Source: Candidatus Bruticola sp.
GTDB lineage: Bacteria; Vulcanimicrobiota; Xenobia; Xenobiales; Xenobiaceae
Length of the DNA: 64,000 nt
Assembly (NCBI GenBank): GCA_051874735.1
Contig: JBJEGD010000026.1
Coordinates: 32,001 to 96,000 of the forward strand
Direction of reading: 5' to 3'
Shown here piece after piece: positions 39,705 to 49,666 of this stretch (its first letter is position 1; the number at the start of each line of letters is the position of its first letter). A model generated the notes under the pieces. The model did not search any database. It was given only the letters and a program-made list of their open reading frames with translations, and had not been told where the DNA came from. Position numbers and translations under genes: made by a program.

Positions 39705-41534
39705 ATGGCCAGACAAGTTTACGCGGGTATGGATGCCCAGGCGAAAGAAAATGATCCTCTTTACAAAAGACGTCATTCGCTGTCCCATATTTTAGCAGAA
39801 GCGGTTCAGCGTCTTTATCCTGATACCAAGTTAGGTTTCGGTCCGCCCGTAGATAATGGCTTCTACTATGATTTCCAATTCTCATCTCCCATAGATGCCG
39901 AAAAGCTTCCCGAAATAGAAGCTGAAATGCGCCGTATAATCGCTGAAAAGCAGGAGTTTACTCACTACGATCTCACGCTTGAAGAAGCTGTAAAGCGGTT
40001 AGAAGATAAGGGAGAAGTTCTCAAAGCAGAATATGTGCGCGATCTTGCTAGCGAGGGCAAAGACATCCATTTTTATGAAAACGGTGAATTTACCGATTTA
40101 TGCGCTGGGCCTCATGTAGATAACACTTCCGAAATCCCCAGTGATTGCTTTACCTTAGATTCTGTGGCCGGAGCCTACTGGCGTGGTGATCAGTCTAGAG
40201 AGATGCTGACTCGTATTTACGGTTTGGCATTTAATACCAAAAAAGAGCTCAAAGAGTTCTTGCGTCTGCGTGAAGAAGCTCGTAAGTACGATCACCGTAA
40301 ACTTAGCAAAGAATTAGAATTTTATACCATGAACGAGATGGTTGGCTTAGGCCTGCCACTTTGGTTGCCTAATGGTACGGTTCTGCGTGAAGAATTGGAA
40401 AAATTCGCCAAGGAGACTGAGCAGTTAGGCGGATATCAGCGTGTAGCAACTCCCTGCATTACTAACGAGCAGCTGTTTTATACCTCCGGACATTTACCTT
40501 ATTACAAAGATAGTATGTTCCCGCCTATGCAGATTGACGAAGGGCAGAACTATTATCTTAAGCCCATGAACTGTCCATTCCATCACATGATATTTAGTAG
40601 CCGCCCCCGATCTTACCGAGAGCTGCCTCTGCGTTTAGCTGAATATGGTCAGTGCTACCGCTACGAAGCTTCTGGTACTTTAGCTGGTCTGTTGCGGGTT
40701 CGCGGTATGTCCATGAATGATGCCCATATTTACTGCAGTCCTGAACAGTTAGCTGCCGAGTTTAGGGCTGTGCTTGATATGCATCGTTTTTACTATGACA
40801 AGTTTAGAATCGAAGGCTACTGGATGCGCTTGTCCATGCACGATCCTAAAAATACTAAAAAGTATGTAAACAATCCTGAAGCTTGGTCCCAATCTGAAGA
40901 TGCTATCCGACAGGTTGTCAAAGATATGGGGGTTCAATATGAAGAAGTTCCCGGAGAAGCCGCTTTCTACGGACCTAAGGTAGATTTCCAGATTCGTAAT
41001 GTAGTTGGACGCGAAGAGACTGCTTCCACTAATCAGCTCGATTTCGCTGTGCCTCCTCGCTTTAATTTGGTATATACTGGCAAAGATGGAGAACTGCATA
41101 CTCCCTATTGCATACATCGTGCTCCTTTAGGCACTCATGAGCGTTTCTTGGCTTTCTTAATGGAACACTTTAAGGGAGCTTTTCCCACTTGGATGTCTCC
41201 TACTCAAGTTATGGTTGTGCCTGTTTCAGTCGAAAAGTTCGGCGATTATGCGGAAAAGATTGCTGCTTCGCTGCGCAGTGGTCTCTACAGGGCTCAGGCT
41301 AACTTAGACGGCGACAGCTTCAACAAGAAGATCCGTGCTGCTGTGACCTCCAAGATCCCTAACATTTTAGTTGTCGGTGCCTCTGAAATGGAAAATGAAA
41401 CTGTTACTTGGCGCCGTTACTGCGTAAAAGAACAGCGGACTTTGAAGTTTGAGCAATTCCGCAGCATTTTGAGCAAAATGTGCCATGAGCGCATTATGGA
41501 TAATTTTGCTGATATAGTGTTGCCCGAAGAGTAA
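39705..41534 (+). CDS. thrS: threonine--tRNA ligase (no TGS domain)
   Basis: RHS..H.LA.AV, DLC.GPHV, AGAYWRGD, DHRKL, KPMNCP, AFYGPK, IHRA. Confidence 0.97.
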   Translation: MARQVYAGMDAQAKENDPLYKRRHSLSHILAEAVQRLYPDTKLGFGPPVDNGFYYDFQFSSPIDAEKLPEIEAEMRRIIAEKQEFTHYDLTLEEAVKRLEDKGEVLKAEYVRDLASEGKDIHFYENGEFTDLCAGPHVDNTSEIPSDCFTLDSVAGAYWRGDQSREMLTRIYGLAFNTKKELKEFLRLREEARKYDHRKLSKELEFYTMNEMVGLGLPLWLPNGTVLREELEKFAKETEQLGGYQRVATPCITNEQLFYTSGHLPYYKDSMFPPMQIDEGQNYYLKPMNCPFHHMIFSSRPRSYRELPLRLAEYGQCYRYEASGTLAGLLRVRGMSMNDAHIYCSPEQLAAEFRAVLDMHRFYYDKFRIEGYWMRLSMHDPKNTKKYVNNPEAWSQSEDAIRQVVKDMGVQYEEVPGEAAFYGPKVDFQIRNVVGREETASTNQLDFAVPPRFNLVYTGKDGELHTPYCIHRAPLGTHERFLAFLMEHFKGAFPTWMSPTQVMVVPVSVEKFGDYAEKIAASLRSGLYRAQANLDGDSFNKKIRAAVTSKIPNILVVGASEMENETVTWRRYCVKEQRTLKFEQFRSILSKMCHERIMDNFADIVLPEE

Positions 41535-41699
41535 GTTATAAGTATCTGTAATCCTCAGAGAGTTGTGGTCTTTAGACTTCTACCTTTTAGGCTGGCGTCA
41601 GCTCTGCGGCAGCCATATTGGGATCTCTCTGAGGATTTTTCATTAAAAAAATATAACTGCTGTTTGGATTTTTATCGAAAGTTTAGTATGTTCAATTAT

Positions 41700-43244
41700 T
41701 TAGCGAGCAAATATGAGCACGTATACGGCCACCTGACAATTCCACATTGAATGGGCAATTATAGACGGCCATAAACTGCCGCTGTAATAACGGAGGGCGC
41801 AAAAAACAGCTCCTAATCCTCCCAATATTAAAACACCTTGCGGATCTCCGTGTATCATAGAAAACATAAGGGAACTAACAGTGGCAGCGCCTACAGCTGA
41901 TATTGCTCCGCGCAGTCCCGAGAAAAGTAGCCCCCGATAGATAATCTCTTCATAAATAGGGCCACTTATTACCAAAAAAAAGAACATAATAAAGACTGAA
42001 GTGGGGGCTTCAGCTAATAGTTTAAGAATCGGATTTATCGATTGAGCGGTGACTTTAGTGACAATAGAAGTTATTGTCGACATAAGTGCAGCTGTCAAAA
42101 TGGCCATAATAAATCCAGCCATTCCCAGAAAGATGTGCTCTTTTTGGAGAGATTGCAGCCCTATAGCCTGGGCGAAGTATTTAACTCTGCATTTGAAGTT
42201 TGTTGTGGGCCAATTTATTGATTCCGTTTTTATTGAGTTCTCAGTGTTGTTTATAGTTTGTGTGAGTACTTGGCTTGAAACTGAAAATGTTTCTTCTTCT
42301 TGTTCAGTCGCTGCTGTTTGTGGTGGGGTAGGTATACTAACATATTTTAAAAGATACATGAGCACCGCAATAGATGCAGCATAAACTGTAAATTGGGTAA
42401 TGAATAGAGCAAATGGAAAAAATTCAGCCCGATCAGCTGAAGCTGCGTGGAGCAGAAGCCCGAGCACTACCGCCCCTAAAACTGCGTTAATCCAGCTTAT
42501 AGTTGTGAATAAATAAAGTACCGGTATCGGTTTCCAGATAATTTTGTTATCATAAACGGCACTTTTTTCTTTGTTCCTGTACGAAGTAAACATAGCGTAC
42601 GCCTGGCGTAGTCCTAGTAAGATAGCTGCCGATAAAGAGAGGAGCAAGAAGCCTGTCCACACAGCTATAATATTGATAAATTTATCAGCCTGATGAAGTC
42701 TGCTTTGTATATCTGTTTCCATTTCTTGGCTTAGAATATGGTCTTGACAGTTATTTTTTAGCATTTGAATCGCGTAACTGGCAGTTAAAGTGTCTCCATA
42801 AAATTGATCAGCTTCTTTAAATTCCAAATTGAGCCTGAAGTAAGCTTTTTGAATATCTGCAACTGGCAGAGATTCTGTCTTGCATATAGCCAGCATAGCA
42901 TTCGTTATGGAGTTGGTTTCTTCATAATCAAGATTATGTAAAGTTTCTGTGGCTTTTTGTTTCTCTGAGCACAGATAATATAGGGACGCTGCTCCGTAAA
43001 TTGTAGAGTTTTGGGCTTGACTAAAGTCTATCTGATCGAGAATGCCAATAGTTTGCTTTTGTATGGTCGGCTGATTTAATTTCTCACCTAAACGCATGAC
43101 TCTGGCAGCTAACCGCGTACCTAAGTTGGCGTGGAAGGGTTTCTGCCAGGGAGCTTCATCGGAAGCATTAAGGAAGGGGGGAACTACTAACGGAAGCCAT
43201 AAAGCTAAGGCCATAATTACTAATACAATTCTTTTGCCACTCAT
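41700..43244 (-). CDS. CPBP (CAAX/Abi) family intramembrane metalloprotease
   Basis: EEIIYRG, FSMIH and AHSMWN motifs; large N-terminal extracytoplasmic domain. Confidence 0.85.
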   Translation of the reverse strand: MSGKRIVLVIMALALWLPLVVPPFLNASDEAPWQKPFHANLGTRLAARVMRLGEKLNQPTIQKQTIGILDQIDFSQAQNSTIYGAASLYYLCSEKQKATETLHNLDYEETNSITNAMLAICKTESLPVADIQKAYFRLNLEFKEADQFYGDTLTASYAIQMLKNNCQDHILSQEMETDIQSRLHQADKFINIIAVWTGFLLLSLSAAILLGLRQAYAMFTSYRNKEKSAVYDNKIIWKPIPVLYLFTTISWINAVLGAVVLGLLLHAASADRAEFFPFALFITQFTVYAASIAVLMYLLKYVSIPTPPQTAATEQEEETFSVSSQVLTQTINNTENSIKTESINWPTTNFKCRVKYFAQAIGLQSLQKEHIFLGMAGFIMAILTAALMSTITSIVTKVTAQSINPILKLLAEAPTSVFIMFFFLVISGPIYEEIIYRGLLFSGLRGAISAVGAATVSSLMFSMIHGDPQGVLILGGLGAVFCALRYYSGSLWPSIIAHSMWNCQVAVYVLIFAR

Positions 43245-43401
43245 TTCAGTATTAAGTTTCCTGCATAGCTTTGTAGATCCTTGAAGGTTAAAGAGTCTGT
43301 CTTAGGCTTTACTCTCACTGTGAATTAAAAAATAGTCAATTACTTAAGAGCTGTTGACACTCAAAGGGGGAATCTGTCTCCTTTTGTGAAAGCTTCCGAA
43401 C

Positions 43402-45234
43402 GTGTCTACTTCTAATAATCAAACAAAAAATCAGCGCAGTATTTTAGTTGTTGGAGAATTGAACAGCGAACAGGAGGCTTTTGCTAGCAGCTTAATCAGG
43501 CTGGGGTGTAGTGTAAAGCTGGTCTCTACTTTAGAAAAGGCCCGAGAATATTTGCTCTCTGGTGAAGTTGTCCAGTTCACCGCTGTAAGTACCGATTTCC
43601 ATAAGCAGAACGAAATGAGCCGTTTGCTTTTGCAGCTTTCTTTCGATGTGGAGCTTTTCTTCTTATTCGATAGTTTGGCGTTGGAACACGGTTTCTCTAG
43701 TCCTGTGGCAAAAGATACCGCTCCCAGAGTGCGTGCTGCCTATCTTTGTTATACTTCCTTCGCTTCAGCTAAGTATTCATGTCGTTTAATGCGGGCTTGC
43801 GGAACTTGGTGGGAGGTCAAAGGTAGGGAGGCCCCCGTGCATGAACGCTACCGTAAGTTGCTGAATCGGGTGCGTCAGGGAGTCGTAGATACCGACAGCA
43901 AAGATGTAGTGCGTTGGGCTAATAACGCTTTTAAGGGTATGGTAGGCTTAGGCAACATCGAAGGACGTTACGTTAGCGAGTTGGTTGATGCGCGTGATAT
44001 TCCTTGTCTAGATGCTGTACAAGTGCAGTTGCGTAACGGTATCATTTCGCCCTATGTGGTGCGTTTGCGTTCCAGCGGTCAAGTTGTAGAAGTTGATGCT
44101 ACTCCGCGCTTCGATAAAGAAGGTAATTATATGGGCAGTGTGGCGTTAATACGTCAGGCCCATAATATGCCTGTTGAGGAATTTATAGCCAGCCGCAATT
44201 TAGTCAGTTTGTACAGTTTAGCTTTGCGTCTGAGCCGAGCATTTGACGTCTCTAAAATTATTAACATAATTACTGAGACCGTGCGCGATATGTGTGGATA
44301 TTGCTGCTGCGGTATTAAGCTCAAAGATTTTGGCGAAGTTGTCGACCACGATGTCGATGGAGCTCTGTCTGCTTCCATTAAGCGCACTGTTGATTCTTTC
44401 TGTTCCCGTCTGCTTCCTCACCAGTCTATTAGAGTCATCAAAGATTTGGAACGCGATCCCGATCCGGCGGCAACAGTTTTGCGTGAATCCGGATTCAGTG
44501 GTGTGGTTTGTGTCGCTTTAACTGTTGGGGTTGAGCATATCGGGTGCATTTGGGCATTGGCCGATAAAGAAGTAGCTCTGTCTAGGGAAAATAACTCATT
44601 TTTAATATCTGTGGGTATTCAGGCCGGTCTGGCTCTACAGAATGCTGTAAATGTAAAGAGGCGTTTAGAAGAAGAGGAGAATCGTCGTCGCTTTTACCGC
44701 GACGCTTTAAATTCTCTCACTTCTGGCAAACTTGTTTTTTGTGAGCGTGATGAACTTGACAGCCATTGGGCTAAATGCGGACATGAGGCTGCCTATCTTT
44801 CTTTGAAAGAAAAAGCTGACGTTCCGCAATCTCGCCGTATTTCTGAAAAGGTTATGGAAGAACAAGGATTCAGCCAAGACCGTCTTTTTGATATGGTGAC
44901 TTGTGTTTCAGAGGCTGCCACTAATGTAGTCAAATACGGCCCTCCGGGCAGCATGAGTATAAAAGTTGAAGATGATGGAATTCATGTACGCCTCGATGAT
45001 GTCGGTCATGGCATAGCTTTCGATAATTTGCCCAAAGCTGTACTGCTTCCCGGATTCTCTTTGGGAGAAACTCCCTCCTTAGGGCTGGGATATTCAGTTA
45101 TGTTGGAAATGTGCGATTGTGTATATCTGTGTACTGGAGAGCACGGCACTTCCCTTATTTTAGAAATGAAGCGTACTAAGGCTGATCCCTTGGATGCTTT
45201 TGTAGGTTTTAGCAATTTAGGAGTTCAGCTGTAA
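43402..45234 (+). CDS. PAS-GAF sensor with C-terminal anti-sigma-type HATPase (Ser kinase) domain
   Basis: WAN.AF..M.G PAS, GAF (..QAGLALQNA), SEAATNVVKY, D.GHGI, LGLG; no HisKA domain. Confidence 0.75.
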   Translation: MSTSNNQTKNQRSILVVGELNSEQEAFASSLIRLGCSVKLVSTLEKAREYLLSGEVVQFTAVSTDFHKQNEMSRLLLQLSFDVELFFLFDSLALEHGFSSPVAKDTAPRVRAAYLCYTSFASAKYSCRLMRACGTWWEVKGREAPVHERYRKLLNRVRQGVVDTDSKDVVRWANNAFKGMVGLGNIEGRYVSELVDARDIPCLDAVQVQLRNGIISPYVVRLRSSGQVVEVDATPRFDKEGNYMGSVALIRQAHNMPVEEFIASRNLVSLYSLALRLSRAFDVSKIINIITETVRDMCGYCCCGIKLKDFGEVVDHDVDGALSASIKRTVDSFCSRLLPHQSIRVIKDLERDPDPAATVLRESGFSGVVCVALTVGVEHIGCIWALADKEVALSRENNSFLISVGIQAGLALQNAVNVKRRLEEEENRRRFYRDALNSLTSGKLVFCERDELDSHWAKCGHEAAYLSLKEKADVPQSRRISEKVMEEQGFSQDRLFDMVTCVSEAATNVVKYGPPGSMSIKVEDDGIHVRLDDVGHGIAFDNLPKAVLLPGFSLGETPSLGLGYSVMLEMCDCVYLCTGEHGTSLILEMKRTKADPLDAFVGFSNLGVQL

Positions 45235-45389
45235 AATGTTTGTGCAGGTTTATTCTTTGTTCTGTATTGGGCTATACTGATACCACGCCTGTATGTTTTT
45301 TTTGCACGAACATGTAAAGAACTTTCTCGATTTTCTTTCTTGCAAATTGGGGTTCTGCTTATAAGAGCTTATCTTAGGAGCGTAAAATT

Positions 45390-47993
45390 TTGCCTATCGT
45401 ACCACCTTTAAATACTGAAGCTTATCTTAATTACGAAGAGCTAACCGCTTATTTAAACAGTATCGCTGAGGCCGTTCCTCAGCTAGTACGTATTTTTTCT
45501 TTAGGAAATACTGTAGGCGGTCGAGCGTTATGGGCAGCAGAAGTTACAAATACGAACACGGGAGCGGCTTCCAGCAAGCCGGCTATTTGGATTGACGGTA
45601 ACATACATGGCGCTCAGTTATCAGGTTCTACAGCTTGCTTGGCTATTCTGCAGCGTCTGTCCTCTGAGCACGGGCGCAGTCCCTCTATAACGGAACTTTT
45701 AGACAGCAATACGTTCTATATAGTTCCTCGTTTAGCTCCCGATGGCGCTGAGCTCTGTCTGACTTCTGGGCTTTCTACTTCAGCGGGACGTCGCCTAGGT
45801 TTTCTTGACGGTTTACGTGAAGGATTGGTGCCAGGAGATATTAATGGCGATGGACGTATTTTACAGATGCGCGTTCCCGATCCTTATGGACAGTGGAAAG
45901 TAAGCAAACGGGATGAACGTCTGCTTATTCCTCGTTTGCCTGGTGATAGCGGTGAAACTTACTACCGGCTTTATCGTGAAGGTTTACTAGATAGAGAAGA
46001 TCAGGGACCGATCCATTTGCGTTTAGTAAATTCTAAGCGTGAACTCAGTCACGATTTCACTCAAAATAGCGGCATAGTTGATCATCATTACGGCGGGAAC
46101 GGTTTTGTTGGTCCTTTCTCCCAAATAGAATCGCGCTTAGTAAGTGCTTTTATGCATAGTTTAAGTAATCTGTGCTTAGCTATTTCTTTCCGCAGCGGTA
46201 CTGGCTGTATCCAAATTACTTCATCATCTGAAGTCCATCGCCGCGATCTGGCTTTAATGAAAATTTTGGCTGGTAAAGCCTCTGAAATTACCAATTTGCC
46301 TGTTGAAGAAGTTAATGAGGCTAGCGATTTTGCTGATTGGGTTTATCAAGAGCTTGGGGTTCCTTGTCTGCGCATAGACGGTTGGAATCTGCTGCGCGAA
46401 GCTGGGGTGGATAATTTTGCTGACAAACCTCAGGAACACGCTCTTTCAGCAGTGCTGCGCTGGCTCGATTATAATAACGGCGGTAAAGGTTTTGCTAAAT
46501 GGGAGCCTTGTGAGCATCCCCAGCTCGGTGATGTGGAAGTCGGCGGTTGGGATACATCTTTAAGTTGGAGCAACCCTCCTGTAGGAGAAATGCTCTCGGC
46601 TATATGCGAAAATGAAGTAAATGTAGCTTTGTGTCTAGCTTCCGTCGTTCCCAAAATTGGTTTAGGCGAATGTCGCGATGATATTGTCGGATGGGCTGAA
46701 TCTGAAAACAGTGAATCTGATGAGTTGCTACCGCTGCGTGTGATCTCAGTGGAGATACGCAACGAAGGATATTTACCGACTTGGCTTACTGAGGAGCTGC
46801 GTTCCAAAGATGAGCCGATTATTTCTGAAATTTCTATCCCTGAAAATGCCGAATTACTGATTGGCCATCGCTTGAGCGAGCACGATCAGCTTTCTGGGAT
46901 AGTGTCTCTTTATTTGCGCCAGAACTTAAATGCGCCATTTTTTAGCGGTTCTTCCGAAACTGAACGTTGTGTAAAAACTTGGTTAGTGCGCGGTAGTGGT
47001 GAAATTGTAGTTTCTGCAGCTCATCCCCGCGGAGGCGTGGTTCAATTTATAAGTGATGGTAGCAAAAATGCTTTACGTCAGCGTTTCAAAGTAAGTAAGC
47101 CTAGTGCGGTTATTCCTGTAACTTCGCCAGTTCCTTATGTTGTGGCTGTTACTTCTGCCGCTTTGGCTGCAGCTATTCCCGCACAGATGGCTAATATGGC
47201 TGGTTTAACTTCTACTACTGAGAATAGTTCTTCTAAAGCACCTTCATTGCCGCGGTCTTCCTTTAAGGTTCCGAGTTCCAAGAGTACTTTGGGACGCAGC
47301 TCTCTAGAACCTACTCCAATCAGTCAGCTTCCATCTGCAGTGACTGAAGCGGCAGCTGCTCCTAAAGTAAGGCCAGTTAAGCTAACAGAAAGCACTCCTG
47401 CTCCTGTTTCTGAAGTAAAAAATGAGGCAGTAGCTCCTCAGCCTTCAGTAAGGGGTGGCTACAAGCCTATGGTTTTTGGAGGTGGGGCAGTTAAACGTCC
47501 TTCTGCAGTAGATAAAGCTGTGCCGTCGGATTCAGATTCTCAATTGGGAGCTTCAGAGTTTAATCGCCTGGGAGCGGTTGGAGCTTTTTCTGCGGGTAGC
47601 TTGCGCAAAGCTGGAACTGAGACGCCTCCCTCAAATCGCTACCTCAGTTCAGAAGATTCTAATTTGCGTAGTGAGTCTTCTAGACCTCGAGTACAGCCCT
47701 CAGGACGTGTTTTTGGTCAGCCCCCAGCTAAGAACAGCGCTGCTGCAGCTGTACGCCAGCCTGAATCTGTTTCTAGACCTAATCCTAGTCGCGTTGGACG
47801 AAAAACAGAAGAGTCTGCTCCCAAGGCGGAAAGGCGTGCCGAAATTAAACCTCATCCGTTGCTGCCTAGTAAACGTCCAGCGGCTCCGTCTCCGGAAATA
47901 CCCCAGGCTCAGATTTCCAAAGATGATTTTAAAGAGGATCCTTTGGCGCCGACAGCTCCTCTACTATTAAGACGCAGTCGAGGCGACGATTAA
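45390..47993 (+). CDS. M14 carboxypeptidase-fold protein, apparently inactive, with long low-complexity tail
   Basis: KPAIWIDGNIH, FYIVPR..PDG, DINGDG.ILQMR, HPQLG.VEVGG; zinc ligands degenerate. Confidence 0.8.
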   Translation: MPIVPPLNTEAYLNYEELTAYLNSIAEAVPQLVRIFSLGNTVGGRALWAAEVTNTNTGAASSKPAIWIDGNIHGAQLSGSTACLAILQRLSSEHGRSPSITELLDSNTFYIVPRLAPDGAELCLTSGLSTSAGRRLGFLDGLREGLVPGDINGDGRILQMRVPDPYGQWKVSKRDERLLIPRLPGDSGETYYRLYREGLLDREDQGPIHLRLVNSKRELSHDFTQNSGIVDHHYGGNGFVGPFSQIESRLVSAFMHSLSNLCLAISFRSGTGCIQITSSSEVHRRDLALMKILAGKASEITNLPVEEVNEASDFADWVYQELGVPCLRIDGWNLLREAGVDNFADKPQEHALSAVLRWLDYNNGGKGFAKWEPCEHPQLGDVEVGGWDTSLSWSNPPVGEMLSAICENEVNVALCLASVVPKIGLGECRDDIVGWAESENSESDELLPLRVISVEIRNEGYLPTWLTEELRSKDEPIISEISIPENAELLIGHRLSEHDQLSGIVSLYLRQNLNAPFFSGSSETERCVKTWLVRGSGEIVVSAAHPRGGVVQFISDGSKNALRQRFKVSKPSAVIPVTSPVPYVVAVTSAALAAAIPAQMANMAGLTSTTENSSSKAPSLPRSSFKVPSSKSTLGRSSLEPTPISQLPSAVTEAAAAPKVRPVKLTESTPAPVSEVKNEAVAPQPSVRGGYKPMVFGGGAVKRPSAVDKAVPSDSDSQLGASEFNRLGAVGAFSAGSLRKAGTETPPSNRYLSSEDSNLRSESSRPRVQPSGRVFGQPPAKNSAAAAVRQPESVSRPNPSRVGRKTEESAPKAERRAEIKPHPLLPSKRPAAPSPEIPQAQISKDDFKEDPLAPTAPLLLRRSRGDD

Positions 47994-48001
47994 TCATATA
48001 T

Positions 48002-48048
48002 AAAAAATGAGAGCGGACCAGCAAAATGCACCCGCTCTCGTTTTTTTT
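48002..48048. terminator. bidirectional terminator
   Basis: AAAAATGAGAGCGG..CCGCTCTCGTTTTTTTT. Confidence 0.7.
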
Positions 48049-48074
48049 GTTTATATCCGATTTTGACAGGGAAT

Positions 48075-49109
48075 CTAGCTGCGAAGAGCCGGATCTAAGT
48101 ATTTCACGATATGATAGGTGATAGCCGAAATTGTAGCTGAGGCCGGTAAAGTGAATACCCAAGCCACTACAATATTGTTGGCTACGCTCCAACGTACTGC
48201 ATTAATGCGTTTAACAGCGCCTACTCCCATAATGCTGGCTGTAATAACGTGAGTTGTAGAGATAGGCATGCCCAAGGCCGCTGTACTCAAGAGAATTGTC
48301 GAAGACGTCAAATCGGCTGCAAAACCGTGAACTGGCTGAAGACGTACAACTTTGGCGCCTAAGGTTTTAATAATGCGCCAGCCGCCTCCTGAAGTACCTA
48401 AGGCGATGACAATGGCGCAAGCAACTTTGGTAAACCAGCGCACTTCGGTGTCCGGCTGCCAGTGTGTTTCGATCAGTCCAGTACTCGAGGCGGTAAACAG
48501 GGCCAAAGTGATAATACCCATGACTTTTTGGGCGTCGTTAGATCCGTGAGAAAAGGCCATAAGGCTAGAAGAAAACCACTGAGCGTATTTGAATTTATGA
48601 CCTATTGAAGGATGCTGATGGCGCAGTATCCAGTACAGTGAAAGCATGATGCAGTATCCTAGCACTAGGCCAATAAGTGGAGATACGATTCCTGGTATAA
48701 CTACATGATCCATAACTCCCCACCATTTCACACCGTCTGTGCCTACTCTGGCTAAAGCGACACCGACTAAGCCGCCAACTAGAGCATGTGACGAAGATGA
48801 GGGCAATCCCCAAATCCAAGTCAGTATATTCCAGATAATGGCTCCAATTAGCGCGGCTAGTATTAGAGATTGTCGATTCATGGCGTTCCCTTCTACTATT
48901 CCGCTGGTAATAGTTTTTGCTACTCCCGTGAAGAGAAGGGCACCGCAAAAGTTGCAAACCGCAGCCATTAAAACTGCTGTTCTGGGAGATAAAGCTCTGG
49001 TAGATACTACCGTAGCAATAGCGTTGGCTGCATCGTGGAAACCGTTTACGTAATCGAATGCTAGTGCAATTATTACGACTGCAGCTAAAATCCAAATGGT
49101 TTCTTGCAT
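48075..49109 (-). CDS. pit: inorganic phosphate transporter, PiT family
   Basis: NGFHDAANAIAT, PSSSSHAL, HGSNDAQK, PISTTH. Confidence 0.95.
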   Translation of the reverse strand: MQETIWILAAVVIIALAFDYVNGFHDAANAIATVVSTRALSPRTAVLMAAVCNFCGALLFTGVAKTITSGIVEGNAMNRQSLILAALIGAIIWNILTWIWGLPSSSSHALVGGLVGVALARVGTDGVKWWGVMDHVVIPGIVSPLIGLVLGYCIMLSLYWILRHQHPSIGHKFKYAQWFSSSLMAFSHGSNDAQKVMGIITLALFTASSTGLIETHWQPDTEVRWFTKVACAIVIALGTSGGGWRIIKTLGAKVVRLQPVHGFAADLTSSTILLSTAALGMPISTTHVITASIMGVGAVKRINAVRWSVANNIVVAWVFTLPASATISAITYHIVKYLDPALRS

Positions 49110-49198
49110 TTTATTTCTACTTTCTTATCCTACATTCTATCTGTAAGTGTTTTCATATGCTATTTAAGTAGTTGATTTTAATATCTCTCTTAGATGAA

Positions 49199-49238
49199 TA
49201 AAAAAAGCCGTCTCTCTTTAAGAAAAGGAGAGCGGCTC
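49199..49238 (-). terminator. intrinsic terminator-like hairpin upstream of pit
   Basis: Minus strand GAGCCGCTCTCCTTT..AAAGAGAGACGGCTTTTTTT. Confidence 0.6.
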
Positions 49239-49529
49239 AAAACAATTTTTATTAATAAAAACATCAATACATGGCAACGGCCGGGAATGACCTGCGCTTT
49301 TAGTACGTAAATAATTTAGTTGCTGTCGGCATACATTTAACAACATAAGGCGCGGGGAAGTTCTGTAAGGCTATTTTTTTCCCTTCTTGTCTAAAATGAA
49401 TATTTTTGGACAAATTAGAGCGCATGCTGTCGTTGGTTTGACGCATGGTTTAGCATTAAAGCATACTTTCAATAAGTTAGGGAGCAGCTGTTCTGTGACT
49501 TGGAACAGCTGCGTTTTATTTTTTAATGA

Positions 49530-49661
49530 AAAAAATAAAACGACCCCCTAGAGTGTGAGTCATAAGGGGGACGCAAGGGATTAGGAGGAACTTTGCTTGA
49601 TGCCAAAGACGGGATGACTTCGACATTTCCAGCGTTAAGATTTCTTCAACGCTCTTAACAC
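49530..49661 (-). ncRNA. candidate ~130-nt small RNA with exposed anti-SD (UUCCUCCUAA)
   Basis: Bounded by a TTGACT-N17-TATAAT promoter and a CCCCCT/AGGGGG stem plus U-tract; internal hairpins; no substantial ORF seen on this strand. Confidence 0.6.
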
Positions 49662-49666
49662 TTGTA

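Noticed and set aside
49560-49585. c-di-GMP-I riboswitch suggested by GGGACGCAAG near flagellar genes
   Set aside because: Lacks the upstream GCAAA/GNRA P2 and downstream P3 elements; better explained as the complement of the sRNA terminator.
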